DNA of 64,000 bases from Anthoceros angustus (lineage: Eukaryota; Plantae; Anthocerotophyta): the NCBI GenBank assembly GCA_010909165.1, contig VJWM01000103.1, positions 310,001-374,000 on the forward strand, in the 5' to 3' direction. Shown piece after piece: positions 13,111 to 24,195 of this stretch; position 1 is the stretch's first letter; each line of letters begins with the position of its first letter. The position numbers were made by a program, and so were the translations under genes. The notes under the pieces were generated by a model. It did no database searches, had not been told where the DNA came from, and worked only from the letters and a program-made list of their open reading frames with translations.

Positions 13111-13944
13111 GATGACATAAGAAAGATCACTCAAGCTGGCATAAGATTGAGTGCATTAGAAACTATGAAGTATGTGATCCATAGCTAGAACTGATTACCT
13201 TATTTTGTGATATCTTGCTAAAGCAAGACAAAACCTTAAGGAAAAACGAATACTAGTGCGAGGACCAATCCACAATGGACTGTTTGGGTGGGGTTGGCCT
13301 GCTCTCTTTTGACCTATAGATGTGGGGGCCCTTTGACGACTTTCGGACCCACCTTGCTCGCTGTGCCCCACCTTGCTCGTTGTCCCCCGAGCGGGCAGCG
13401 CATTACTACGCATGACGCCGTCCACGCCGTCATGTTCTCGATGGCGGAGCACCCAATGGGCATGTACACGAATCTAAATATTTTTTTTAAAACATAATAT
13501 TAATGTTCTTACTACAAAATCCTACCCAATGAGCATGTACAAGAATTCAAATATTTTTTAGAAAATAAAATATTAATGTTCTCATGTTGTGAGCGGGTAT
13601 TGGCTCGCGAAAAGGGCTGCTATAATTTTATAAGGCCCTCAGCCCCAGATACAAAGAAGGCTGCTGCAATTGTATAAGGCCCTCGGCCCTTTGAATCTGT
13701 GCCCAATATGTAATATATATCTCTGCCCGCAATGGGCCGGTGATGTAAGGTCCGTGGTGTTTATCGTCATGGCCCTTTATTCTTTTATAATTTAAAAAAA
13801 ATATTCTTCTACACTTCCAATGGGATCACAATAATACTGTAAATAGCATGCCATAACAGCCCATGTCTATGCCTATGCCAGCATAAAATCATAAATCTTA
13901 ACCTTAATCTTGGCCAAATAAGAACATCGTTATTAAGAACATTT

Positions 13945-14195
13945 ATAAGAACGTCATTATTAAGCATCCTGTACTTAGATTGGTACTTAGATGGGGTGCC
14001 TAAAAGGAATGGATGCCCTTGGTGCAAGTAGATTAGGCACACCATGGTACAAGTTGTTAAGTACCAAATCCCATGACGAAAATCAAATTAGTGGACTTAA
14101 ATAAAATTCTTCTTCTTCTTCTAGATGCATAAAGTATACTAAGGACTTCAATAAAATTCTTCTAGATGCATAAAGTATTTAGTTGAACTTGAATT
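13945..14195. mobile_element. Single arm of the foldback/MITE-like element also present at 16083-16943
   Basis: 13960-14120 is the reverse complement of about 16243-16402 and a direct copy of about 16456-16615. Confidence 0.75.
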
Positions 14196-14443
14196 CATGC
14201 GTCGTAGTGCAGTCGGCGAGATGGTGTCCTGAGATGGTGTACAAGTACGTACTGGGAAATGGTGGGAAAGGGCCGCCATTTGGTGGTAGGTGAACGACCG
14301 TGGTACGGTCGGTGTTCAAACGTCATTAATTTACTGTAATAAAGTTTTTTTTGTTGTGCTGTGCTGTGCTGTGCTTTGGTGTGAATGCTTTTCTCCATTT
14401 GTTGGCAGTGAGGCGTACAGGGAGCACCGATCGAGCAACTGTG

Positions 14444-15874
14444 ATGGCGGCGGCTGCGGCTGCGGTTGCGGTTGCGGCGTTATCTGTGCCTTTCCGCATT
14501 GCTGTATCGGACAAGGAGGCGCTTTCGGCCAGCAACTCCAGCCATACTGTGAGTAGTTCCATCCGCATTGCCGAGACCAGCAGAGGAAGCAGGAGCCGGG
14601 CTGGAGTTGCGGGAATCCGGTGTGGTTTGGCCCTCGACAATGCTGTGGAGGAGGAGGGGAAGCGCGCGTTCCGTGACTACCAGCGGCCGGATGCTTCTGG
14701 CCGGTTTGGCAAGTTCGGCGGGAAGTATGTGCCAGACTCGCTCCTCACGGCTCTGTCGGAGCTGGAGCTTGCCTACAAGGAGGTCTCCAAGGACAAAGGT
14801 TTTCAGAAAGAGGTAGCGGGAATTCTGAAGGATTACGCTGGGAGGGAGTCGCCGTTGTATCTCGCTGAGCGGCTGACGGAGCATTACCGACGCGCTGATG
14901 GCGGCCCTCTCATTTACCTCAAACGGGAGGATTTGAACCACACCGGGGCTCACAAGATCAATAATGCGGTAGGGCAAGCTCTGCTTGCCAAGAAGCTCGG
15001 AAAGAAGCGGGTGATTGCGGAGACGGGTGCCGGGCAGCATGGAGTTGCTACGGCTACGGTGTGTGCGCGGTTTGGCTTGGAGTGCGTGATCTACATGGGG
15101 GCAAAGGATATGGAGAGGCAGGCTCTCAATGTCTTCCGCATGCGGCTTCTGGGAGCGGAGGTGCGGGCTGTGAGCTCAGGCACGGCCACCTTGCGGGATG
15201 CGGTGTCGGAGGCCATCGGAGGCTGGCTGACCAGCGTGGAGAGCACGCACTACTTGCTGGGCTCTGTTTGCGGTCCTCACCCTTTCCCCATGCTGGTGAG
15301 GGACTTCCAGGCCGTGATTGGTAGGGAAACTAGGAGGCAGGCTATGGAGAAATGGGGTGGGAAGCCTGATGTGCTGATCGCGTGCGTGGGAGGGGGATCT
15401 AACGCCATGGGCTTGTTTCACGAGTTCGTCGATGACGAGGATGTGAGGCTGATTGGCGTTGAGGCAGCCGGCCTGGGAGTGGACACATTACAGCATGCTG
15501 CAACCTTAACAATGGGAGAAGTTGGTGTGCTCCATGGCAGTCTGAGTTACTTGCTGCAAGATGAGGATGGGGAGATCCCCGGGCCACATTCCATCAGCGC
15601 AGGGTTGGATTACCCTGGGGTGGGCCCTGAGCTCAGTTTCTTGAAGGACATGGGCCGGGCTGAGTTCTACAGTATCACTGACGCCGAGGCCGTTGAAGCG
15701 TTTCAGAGAATATCCAGGCTGGAAGGCATCATCCCGGCTTTGGAGACCGCCCATGCTCTGGCGTACCTGGAGAAACTGTGCCCTACTTTGAAGGACGCAA
15801 CGCGCGTGGTGCTGAACTGCAGCGGCCGGGGTGACAAGGATGTCCAGAGGGCCATGGAGCGTGTCGAGTTCTGA
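14444..15874 (+). CDS. TSB: Tryptophan synthase beta chain (type 1) paralog, intronless, with plastid transit peptide
   Basis: [28 protein letters not shown] (PLP Lys), [28 protein letters not shown] and SGRGDKD. Ala/Ser-rich N-terminus; single ORF. Confidence 0.96.
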   Translation: MAAAAAAVAVAALSVPFRIAVSDKEALSASNSSHTVSSSIRIAETSRGSRSRAGVAGIRCGLALDNAVEEEGKRAFRDYQRPDASGRFGKFGGKYVPDSLLTALSELELAYKEVSKDKGFQKEVAGILKDYAGRESPLYLAERLTEHYRRADGGPLIYLKREDLNHTGAHKINNAVGQALLAKKLGKKRVIAETGAGQHGVATATVCARFGLECVIYMGAKDMERQALNVFRMRLLGAEVRAVSSGTATLRDAVSEAIGGWLTSVESTHYLLGSVCGPHPFPMLVRDFQAVIGRETRRQAMEKWGGKPDVLIACVGGGSNAMGLFHEFVDDEDVRLIGVEAAGLGVDTLQHAATLTMGEVGVLHGSLSYLLQDEDGEIPGPHSISAGLDYPGVGPELSFLKDMGRAEFYSITDAEAVEAFQRISRLEGIIPALETAHALAYLEKLCPTLKDATRVVLNCSGRGDKDVQRAMERVEF

Positions 15875-16054
15875 TGAACCCGACCTGAACTCGGCAGAGG
15901 AGACGGGCGGGCAGCGGACTCCTCCGCTTGTGTTCTGGTCGGCACCGATGTTGAGCCTGCTCTCGGGGGGAGAGGCCCCCTTGCGACAGGAGGGGGACGT
16001 CCGGAGTGTCACTTGTGAAATGATATATTAAGATATATTCGCAGACATATCCAG

Positions 16055-16082
16055 ACGCAAGGTCGCAGGTTCGAAACCTGCA
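16055..16082 (+). pseudogene. 3' (variable loop/T-arm) fragment of tRNA-Ile
   Basis: acgcaaggtcgcaggttcgaaacctgca nearly matches acgcgaaggtcgcaggttcgagacctgca in the tRNA at 17001. No D-arm is present upstream. Confidence 0.65.
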
Positions 16083-16943
16083 AAGAAGAAGAATTTTATT
16101 TAAGTCCACTAACGGAAATCCATCCTTAGTGAAGAAGAATTTTATTGAAGTCCACTAACGGAAACCCATCCTTGGTGAAGAAGAAGAATTTTATTGAAGT
16201 CCACTAAGGACGGATTTCAGTCGACTTGAATAAAATTTTAGTGAAGAAGAAGAATTTTATTTAAGTCCACTAAGAATGGATTTCCGTCATGGGACTTGGT
16301 ACTTAACAACTTGTATTATGGTGTGCCTAAGCTACTTGCACCAAGGGCATCCACTCCCTTTAGGCACCCCATCTAAGTACCAATCTAAGTTCAGGATGCT
16401 TAATCACGATGTTCATATAAAGGTGTGTCCATTTGGCCCAAGCCATGTGTGTCAATACTTAGATGGGGTGCCTAAAGGGAGTAGATGCCCTTGGTGCAAG
16501 TAGCTTAGGCACACCATAGTACAAGTTGTTAGTGGATGCCCTTAGTGCAAGTAGCTTAGGCACAGTGCAAGTTGTTAAGTACCAAGTCCATGACTTAAAT
16601 AAAAATCTTCTTCTTTTTCTTCTTAGTGGACTTAAATAGAAGTGGACTTAAATAGAATTCTTCTTCTTCTTCTTAGTGGACTTAAATAGAATTCTTCTTC
16701 TTCTTAGTGGACTTAAATAGAATTCTTCTTCTTCTTAGTGGACTTAAATAGAATTCTTCTTCTTCTTAGTGGACTTAAATAGAATTCTTCTTCTTCTTAG
16801 TGGACTTAAATAGAATTCTTCTTCTTCTTAGTGGACTTAAATAGAATTCTTCTTCTTCTTAGTGGACTTAAATAGAATTCTTCTTCTTCTTAGTGGACTT
16901 AAATAGAATTCTTCTTCTTCTTAGTGAACTTAAATAGAATTCT
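16083..16943. mobile_element. Foldback/MITE-like element: long inverted arms with subterminal tandem repeats, non-coding
   Basis: The left end has aagaagaattttatt.aagtccactaa repeats and the right end has the inverse ttagtggacttaaatagaattcttcttc array. Inner arms 16243-16385 and 16456-16615 are inverted copies. Confidence 0.7.
16623..16943. repeat. 31-bp tandem array (ttagtggacttaaatagaattcttcttcttc), about 9-10 copies
   Basis: Near-perfect 31-nt periodicity with no spacers. Confidence 0.95.
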
Positions 16944-17000
16944 TTGCCTGTCTTCTTTTGTTGGTGTTTTGAATACTTTATACTAGTGTGAATTGTTGTA

Positions 17001-17074
17001 GGCCTATTAGCTCAGTTGGTTAGAGCGTCGTGCTAATAACGCGAAGGTCGCAGGTTCGAGACCTGCATAGGCCA
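17001..17074 (+). tRNA. trnI-AAT: tRNA-Ile (anticodon AAT)
   Basis: ggcctat/ataggcc acceptor stem, D-arm gctcagttggttagagc, anticodon loop ctAATaa, T-arm gcaggttcgagacctgc, and a downstream T-run. Confidence 0.97.
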
Positions 17075-17170
17075 ATTTTGTTACGCTGGGTGCAAGGCCC
17101 CCCGAAATTTGTGCATCGCCGAAGCTCTTGCCGTTTTTCGTCGAAGTTAGCAGGTTGATTTGTCGTACGT

Positions 17171-17330
17171 AGTCAACGGGTGACCTTGTTTTCACTATCG
17201 CAGTCAACGGGTGACCTTATTTTCACTATCACAGTCAATCGGGTGACCTTGTTTTCACTCCCAGAATTATCATCACTCCCAGAATTATCATCATGAATAC
17301 AGAATAATCGGGTGACCTTGTTTTCGCTCC
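17171..17330. repeat. About 30-bp degenerate repeats (agtcaacgggtgaccttgttttcact)
   Basis: Four copies of the cgggtgacctt.ttttc core. Confidence 0.75.
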
Positions 17331-17803
17331 CACATTGACCATTATGCAAAAAAATCATGTGCTCTGTGTGGCAGTTCATGCTCACGCTTAGACGCGAGAG
17401 CATCTTCTCGGAGGCCAAAGCATGGCGAAGAGTTGGCTTATCATGTGAGACGCGAGAGCATCTTGACTGGGCCAGAGCATAGAGAAGAGTTGGGTTGAGA
17501 AAACTTTATCACTTGGCAAGGCCATGGACATCCTCACTCACAAAAAACCACGACAATCGGAGGTTAGGAGCATGCCCATCCAAATTCACAAACAAACAAA
17601 TAGGCCATTTATACTAAGGCCCTCCGTTCAAAAATAGGCATGAAAAGGGTGCCCAATTTTTCTGTTTTAAAAATCCAGATGTTTTGCTTAATGCCAGGCA
17701 CATATGCTCAAAGGTCTGAGATAAAGAATCGAAGGAAAAAAATCATACACCGCAAATCACTCCGACAATCTCTCAATTTTAGTAGGTTTGTCTAAAGGAT
17801 TAT

Positions 17804-17960
17804 CGGCATCTACGATAGCAAGATATCTAAACAGTGACATGGGGGTGATGGGACATTTGTTAATGGCATCTACGATAGCAAGATATCTGAACAGTGGTAT
17901 GGGGGTGATGGGGTGACATATGTTAACGATATCTACGATAACAAGATATCTGAATAGTGA
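17804..17960. repeat. About 60-bp repeat x3 (atctacgatagcaagatatct...)
   Basis: Three visible copies. Confidence 0.7.
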
Positions 17961-18803
17961 CTTTGGTTTTGGGCTGCAAGCGGCTCACCCATGAACAAAG
18001 ACTTTGCAAGCATTGTGAGTCGCAAACAATAGACGACGAGCATCATTTCCTCTTCGACTACGGTAGCCTTGCACCCTGTAGAGTTGGCCACCAGAAACTC
18101 TTCGAAGTTTTCTGAGGATATGTGGGTCCATATACGAAGTACCGATGCATCACTAGAACATCCGGTGGCCATTAAGGAGCATCCGGTATCCTACTTATTT
18201 TGGTATCACAGCCAACTCCCGCATGGTGCAAAGCTATGGGCTCATGTTGATTAGAATCGGCTACACGATTTCAATCTCTTCAACAAAAAGTTGCTTGTAA
18301 ATATGGACCCAAGAGCAAGCAGGTATGGGCAGCCATAGCCCAAGCACAGATAAAGCAGGGAGAGACATTTTCAAGTCCTTGGTGATACGTATGTCAAAGC
18401 AGCCAGACAATCACCTTCGTACAGTTTTCAGGGGTTTGGGTTTGAATTTAGACCAAAATAAAAGTGGCGAAAGACCCGAACCGGAGCGCGGGCAGCGGCT
18501 CCAGTTTCTCACAAAAACCACCCAACTAAAGCGCTTGCAGCCACCTCGGCACGGGCTGCTCAGCTCCGGGGATTGCTGCGGCCTGTACATCTGTAGTCCA
18601 CAAAAACTTCTCCGGTCGGCCACAGCGTCGAAAATGTTGATAGGAGTACACGATTCGAGTGCTTGAGTTGTTTTGTCTTGATGTCTTCGCCATCAGTGAT
18701 TCAAAACTGTCTGCACTGTGCGTCCTAAGGCCCGTGAGATTCACAGTACTCAAGCCTCCTGCCTTTGTTGTGCGCCTCATGTTCCGAGAGCTGTCCTGGT
18801 AAG

Positions 18804-21626
18804 ATGGCCACAGTATGGCAACCGGACCTGGTGTGCACGCAACAAATTGGTGTGTGCACAAGGATTCTACGAGGTGCTCCCACTCAGCTCACCTTCGGGA
18901 GTAAACCGCTGGGAAACAACCAAGCCTCCAGGTGCAGCAGTGTAAAGAACCCAGCACTCCCACTTCTGAGAGACTGTGTGGGCGGGGAAGGATTTTCCGG
19001 CGATGGTCGTCGCCAGGAGCAGGAGCTTTTGTGGCAACAATTTTTTCTGGACCCTACCATGTGGTGGGACAACAGGCGAGATAAGAAGAGCTTCCGTTCG
19101 CCTGACTTCCGGCGTAAGGGGTCCGGCGAGGTCCTGTGGTTAAACAGCATGTTCAAGCCGGCTTGGGTTGACGAGCAGCTCGTTTCTTTGGATGAAAAGA
19201 CGGCAACCGTGAGCACGTTATGTCAGCAGGGGAAGCTTACAGAGGCCGTTGGAGTCCTGGAATCTCTGGCGCAGACAGACCATTCTATTTCTCAGTCTCT
19301 ATTTTGTACTGTAGTAAAACTGTGTGCAGCTAAGAAGGATCTGGTTGTGGGGAGACGAGTTCACGATCTCACTGTCAAACATGGGTACGAGACAGATGCA
19401 TATTTGGGGAACCATATCCTGCGCATGTATGCATGTGGAGGTAGGCTACAGGAGGCCATGGATGTGTTCACCAGGGTAGGGAAACCAGATACCTTCATGT
19501 GGTTTTCCATAATCTCCGCGTATGCTAAACATGGGAAACCCAATGAGGCCATACAACTCTACCATGAGATGCGTGGCTCAGGTGTGAAGGCGGGTGCTCA
19601 CATCTTTGTAGCTGCCCTTCAAGCTTGTGCAATTTCCGCCGATTTGGAATCTGGCAGAACAGTGCACTCTGATGTGTTGCTCAGTGGCATTCTTCCAAAC
19701 TTGTTTGTAGGCAATTGCCTGGTGGACATGTATGCAAAATGTGGCGAACTGAAAGATGCACGCCAGGTTTTTGATAGCTTGACCACAAAGGATGTGGTGA
19801 CATGGACGACCATGATAGCGGGGTATTCACAGCAAGGGCTCGGCCAAGAGGCGCTTGTTCTATATGGACAAATGGAGCAAGAGGGCCTGAGTTTGGCTAA
19901 CCATGTCACCTTTGCTTGCCTTCTGAAGGCATGTGCAAGCGCGGGTGCCTTACGGAAGGGCAGGCAGCTGCACTTACAGATTGTGGAAAGGGGACAACTA
20001 GATAACATACTTGTGGGCAACTGCATGGTAGACATGTATGCAAAATGTGGTGAATTGAAAGATGCACGCCAGGTTTTTGACAGCTTGGCCACTAAGGATG
20101 TGGTGACATGGACTTCCCTAATAGCTGGGTATGCACACCAAGGGCTCGGTCAAGAGGCACTTGTTCTGTATGGGCAAATGGAACAAGAAGGCTTCATTTT
20201 GGCTAACCATGTCACTTTTGCTTGCCTTCTGAAGGCCTGTGCAAGTGTCGGTGCCTTACAGAAGGGCAGGCAGCTGCACTCTCAGATCATGGAACGAGGG
20301 CTGCTGCAGGACGTGGTGCTGGGCAACTGCTTAGTGGACATGTATGCAAAATGTGGTGAATTAAAAGATGCACAGCAGGTTTTTGACAGCTTGGCCACAA
20401 AGGACGTGGTGACATGGACGGCCCTGATAGCTGGGTATGCACAGCAAGGGCTTGGCCAAGAGGCGCTTGTTCTGTATGGACAAATGGAGCAGGAAGGCCT
20501 GATTTTGGCTAACCATGTCACTTTTGCCTCCCTTTTGAATGCCTGTGCAAGTGTTGGTGCCTTACAAACGGGCACGGAGCTGCACTCGCAGATTGTGGAA
20601 AGAGGACAGCTCAATAACATAGTACTGGGCAACTGCCTGGTGGACATGTATGCAAAATGTGGCGAACTGAAAGATGCGCACCGGGTTTTTGACAGTTTGG
20701 CCACAAAGGATGTGGTGACATGGACTGCCCTGATAGCTGGGTATGGTACTTGTGATGATGGTCACAAGGCACTAGCTTATTTTGAGGAGATGTTAGTCGC
20801 AGGTATTCAGCCTGATGATACAACTTTTACTTGCCTCTTAGCAGCATGCAGTCATGAGGGACTGGTCGTCGAAGGTCGCAAGTACTTTGATTCCATGGTT
20901 GAAAAGCATGGCATCAAGCCTACTATTGAGCATTACACTTGCATGATTGATCTTCTTGGGCGTGCAGGCCATTTAGAGGAGGCAGAGAACATGCTATTAT
21001 CATGTGAGAGCCAAAGCAATGTTGTGGGGTTGACGTCATTGCTGAATGCTTGCAAAAGTCACGGGGATATAGAGAGGGCGAGGCGGTGTTTTGAAAGCCT
21101 AGTTAGACTGGAGCCTCAGGGTGCATCTGCATATGTGCTCATGGCCAATGCCTATGCAGACGCAGGGAGGTGGACTGATGTAGAGAGGATTGAAACACAA
21201 AGGATGGTTGCAGGTGCTAACAAGAAACCTGCAGTGGCGAGCATTGAGGTGAAGAAGCAGGTACATTCATTTGTGGTTGGAGAAAACAGAGATGATATTG
21301 CGCTCAAGGTGGAGAGCATGAATTCACGTCTGAAACAAGAAGGGGGCCACGTACCACACACAAAGCTGGTGTTGAAGCCAATGCACGAGAAGGAAAAGGA
21401 GGATGTGCTTTGTGGGCATGCTGAGAAGCTAGCTCTGGCGTTTGGTCTCTTGAACACTCCAAGTGGCACACCTCTGCTGGTAACGAAGAATCTACGCATG
21501 TGCACTGATTGTCACAGTTCTACGGAGATCATGTCAAGGGTTGAAAAGAGGGACATTGTTGTAAAGGATGGGTACCGTGTACATCGATTCGCAAATGGTT
21601 GTTGCAGTTGTAAGGGTCGACCGTGA
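18804..21626 (+). CDS. PLS-class PPR protein with E1/E2 and DYW:KP ('GRP') deaminase domain plus N-terminal OSB-type PDF motif; candidate organellar U-to-C RNA editing factor
   Basis: Intronless P-L-S triplets, KKPAVASIEV (KP box), HAEKLA...CTDCH Zn site and C-terminus CSCKGRP. N-terminal LWQQFFLDPTMWWDNRRDKKSFRSPDFRRK. Confidence 0.95.
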   Translation: MATVWQPDLVCTQQIGVCTRILRGAPTQLTFGSKPLGNNQASRCSSVKNPALPLLRDCVGGEGFSGDGRRQEQELLWQQFFLDPTMWWDNRRDKKSFRSPDFRRKGSGEVLWLNSMFKPAWVDEQLVSLDEKTATVSTLCQQGKLTEAVGVLESLAQTDHSISQSLFCTVVKLCAAKKDLVVGRRVHDLTVKHGYETDAYLGNHILRMYACGGRLQEAMDVFTRVGKPDTFMWFSIISAYAKHGKPNEAIQLYHEMRGSGVKAGAHIFVAALQACAISADLESGRTVHSDVLLSGILPNLFVGNCLVDMYAKCGELKDARQVFDSLTTKDVVTWTTMIAGYSQQGLGQEALVLYGQMEQEGLSLANHVTFACLLKACASAGALRKGRQLHLQIVERGQLDNILVGNCMVDMYAKCGELKDARQVFDSLATKDVVTWTSLIAGYAHQGLGQEALVLYGQMEQEGFILANHVTFACLLKACASVGALQKGRQLHSQIMERGLLQDVVLGNCLVDMYAKCGELKDAQQVFDSLATKDVVTWTALIAGYAQQGLGQEALVLYGQMEQEGLILANHVTFASLLNACASVGALQTGTELHSQIVERGQLNNIVLGNCLVDMYAKCGELKDAHRVFDSLATKDVVTWTALIAGYGTCDDGHKALAYFEEMLVAGIQPDDTTFTCLLAACSHEGLVVEGRKYFDSMVEKHGIKPTIEHYTCMIDLLGRAGHLEEAENMLLSCESQSNVVGLTSLLNACKSHGDIERARRCFESLVRLEPQGASAYVLMANAYADAGRWTDVERIETQRMVAGANKKPAVASIEVKKQVHSFVVGENRDDIALKVESMNSRLKQEGGHVPHTKLVLKPMHEKEKEDVLCGHAEKLALAFGLLNTPSGTPLLVTKNLRMCTDCHSSTEIMSRVEKRDIVVKDGYRVHRFANGCCSCKGRP

Positions 21627-21634
21627 GAACGACA

Positions 21635-21745
21635 AACTAGCGGAGCTTAGAAGAACTACCCAGTGCTCAAAAGGTAACTGCTGCATGTGGGAGTGAGAAT
21701 GAAGAACTAGCAGAGCTTAGAAGAACTACCCAGTGCTCAAAAGGT
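21635..21745. repeat. 41-bp direct repeat in the PPR 3' UTR
   Basis: aactagc.gagcttagaagaactacccagtgctcaaaaggt occurs twice. Confidence 0.85.
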
Positions 21746-22981
21746 GTTCGAATAGGAGGTGGGCAAAGGATTGTACTAACAAGTTTTATCATTCCACCTA
21801 ACTGACTGGGTGAGGCTGGAGTCGACAGGATTGGGTGGATATGTATATGACATATAGGCCATGAGGCCTGAGTTAGATAAGGCACCATTACAGATGGTCT
21901 ATCCCATCATGTCTTTCAGGTGCCCAACTCTTCAATATGTTCGATCTTCAGCGCTGCAGAGTGATGGTGATTTCGAGGGTGATTTTTACAGACCACCAGA
22001 TCTATGGAACTCAAGCCTATGCCAGAAAACTTTGGGATGAGTCTAGAAAGAGACTCTGAGTTCAGTTTCATACCTTAGACCTGGTCGGAATTTGATGACT
22101 TGTGACCCAGGGAAATAGCACTGACACAAATGCTGAACGCTCCATACCTTCTTTAGCTACGTCACAACTTGGTTACCAATCTTCTCAAAACATTCATATT
22201 GCAGCAAAGTGGAAGCACATTTGGGGCTCCCCGCTCTGTGGATTTCTCCATTCACATTCTTTGGAGACTAAAGTCTTTTGCGGGTGGTCTCCTTCTTAAA
22301 GACCTTAGTCTTTTGGGGTGGTCTCCTTCTTGAGTTTGGCGTGAGAGCCACTTCTCTCGCAAGGAAGGATGACTCATTCAAATGACTGCAAAGGCCTTTT
22401 CTTAAAAGTTGGTCATCTGACCGCATAAATAGGAAAGAAACAAAAGATAACAGGGCAGAGTCACAGGGCTGGTAGCTGGACAGAATCATATGAGCTCAAG
22501 GAGGAGGTTTCGCTTACCCATGACGGCTTGTTTTTGCCTACACTGGCACATTGGTCCGGGCATCTTAGGTGTGCTGGTGTTATTAAAGATCCCAGAGGTG
22601 TTCTCCATACTACACAGGAGATGGGGATCAAGGTCTTGCTGCTTTGACAGGATGTCTGCTGATAATTAGCTGTTTTAACAGAAAGAAGTTTCAAACCCTA
22701 AACGAATTCACGTGCTTGCACGCAATCTCTGGATGTAATCTACCCTATCCCTCCAATCAAATAATTTCATGAACCAAAAACTTCCTTCAATCAAACAAAC
22801 TGATGTAGCGCGAGCTTCCGCCCCTTTCCCCCTCCCCATCCCACCTAGTGCGGATCAATCCTAAAGCTACACATGCTATACACACGCCGCTTGATCTAAC
22901 TTAAGCGGCGGGAAATACATACATCTGAGGACGATAAATTAAACTCCTTCCCTCGCCATTCCCCGTTTGTGGATGGCGAAC

Positions 22982-24195
22982 TCAAAATTCATCTTCCCCC
23001 CAAGCCTCATCACGTAGCTGTTGTCTGGAATGCAAACGTTGTCGCCTGGCAGTTTCCTCCTTGTGCACTTGGTCCAAGTTCGATTTCCCTTTAGCACGGA
23101 TAGCCGCACCCTGCGCACTGAGCGCACCAGCAATCATTCGCTGTGCCACTCTCACTGACGTTGCTGGCCTTGGTATCGGTGGCTGGAGATCTGCAAAGTG
23201 CAGCATAAGCCCGCTTTATCCTTGTCTGCTACAGCATGTCATGTGTCTACAGATGCTGTAAGTGAAAGCGGAAGGGAACAGGTGACACACACGAAACTAA
23301 CCCTTTTCCGAGGTAATGGCATGTAACTCTGCAGCATCGGTGTAGAGTTCGACTTTCACTCTAGGATCCTGTAAGGTAGCCAGAGCTTCTTTGGCTGCAA
23401 TCCGTCATGATGCCTGTTCAGCAACCTACTAAGGCAAACATTAGCACATAAGCAGCGTTAGCAGGAGGACATCGACCCTACCTACGGCTGCAGACCGGAA
23501 AACAGCAAGGGCCGTCGTGTCGTTCAAAAAGCGAATCGACACTCCCTTGCTGGAATAAGGTTTCACAAGCTGTTCCAGCTCTTCCTGCCTCAGCTTGGAT
23601 GAGAAGTCCTTGAAAACTAGAACGTGGCCACCACGCTCTTCCACTGCATAGTAACAAAGACTCCCTCAAATACCTCTACACACCAAATCACCACCACCAC
23701 AACGCCAACACGCCTCCCCCAAGAAGTACAGAACAGACACTTGTTTAGGGCTTGCCTTCAACAAGTGGCACGTACACTGGTCGCTTGTGCCAGGATCCGA
23801 CGCCCCCGAGCTATCATCGAGCGAAAGACTTCTGACGCCCGAAACATAGTCACTGTACATCCCCCCTTCCCCATACGTGAAGGCTCCTCTCCCCCGTTGC
23901 TTGGCGACTCCTTTCACTTTCACAGCCCCACGGGGCTTTGAATCTCTACAATCCTCCACACGTAAGGTTGGCAGCTCATGAGCCCTAACCTCCCAATCCG
24001 CAGCGTCTGCAGCCAACGCCTCTGTCAGTCTGCGACACATGCCTCGCCCACCAACTTGGCAGATTCCAATCCCAGAGACCAAGAAATAATCGACGACGCC
24101 TTACCTGATCCTGCCTCCTTCACCCCAAGTCCATCATCGCAAGGTGCACTGGCCTCGGCTTGACCCCTCCCTCCCACCTCTTCCAAGTCCGCCAT
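22982..24195 (-). CDS. R3HCC1L-like RRM/coiled-coil protein, multi-exon
   Basis: HVLVFKDF..IRFLNDTTALAVF (RRM-like), RPATSVRVAQRMIAGAL and C-terminal RQQLRDEAWGEDEF. ATG at 24195. Confidence 0.75.

Noticed and set aside
14444-15874. Bacterial HGT origin of the intronless trpB
   Set aside because: It has a plastid transit peptide and plant-type sequence ([21 protein letters not shown]).
16623-16943. CRISPR-like array of 31-bp repeats
   Set aside because: Head-to-tail repeats without unique spacers, no cas genes, and a eukaryotic context.
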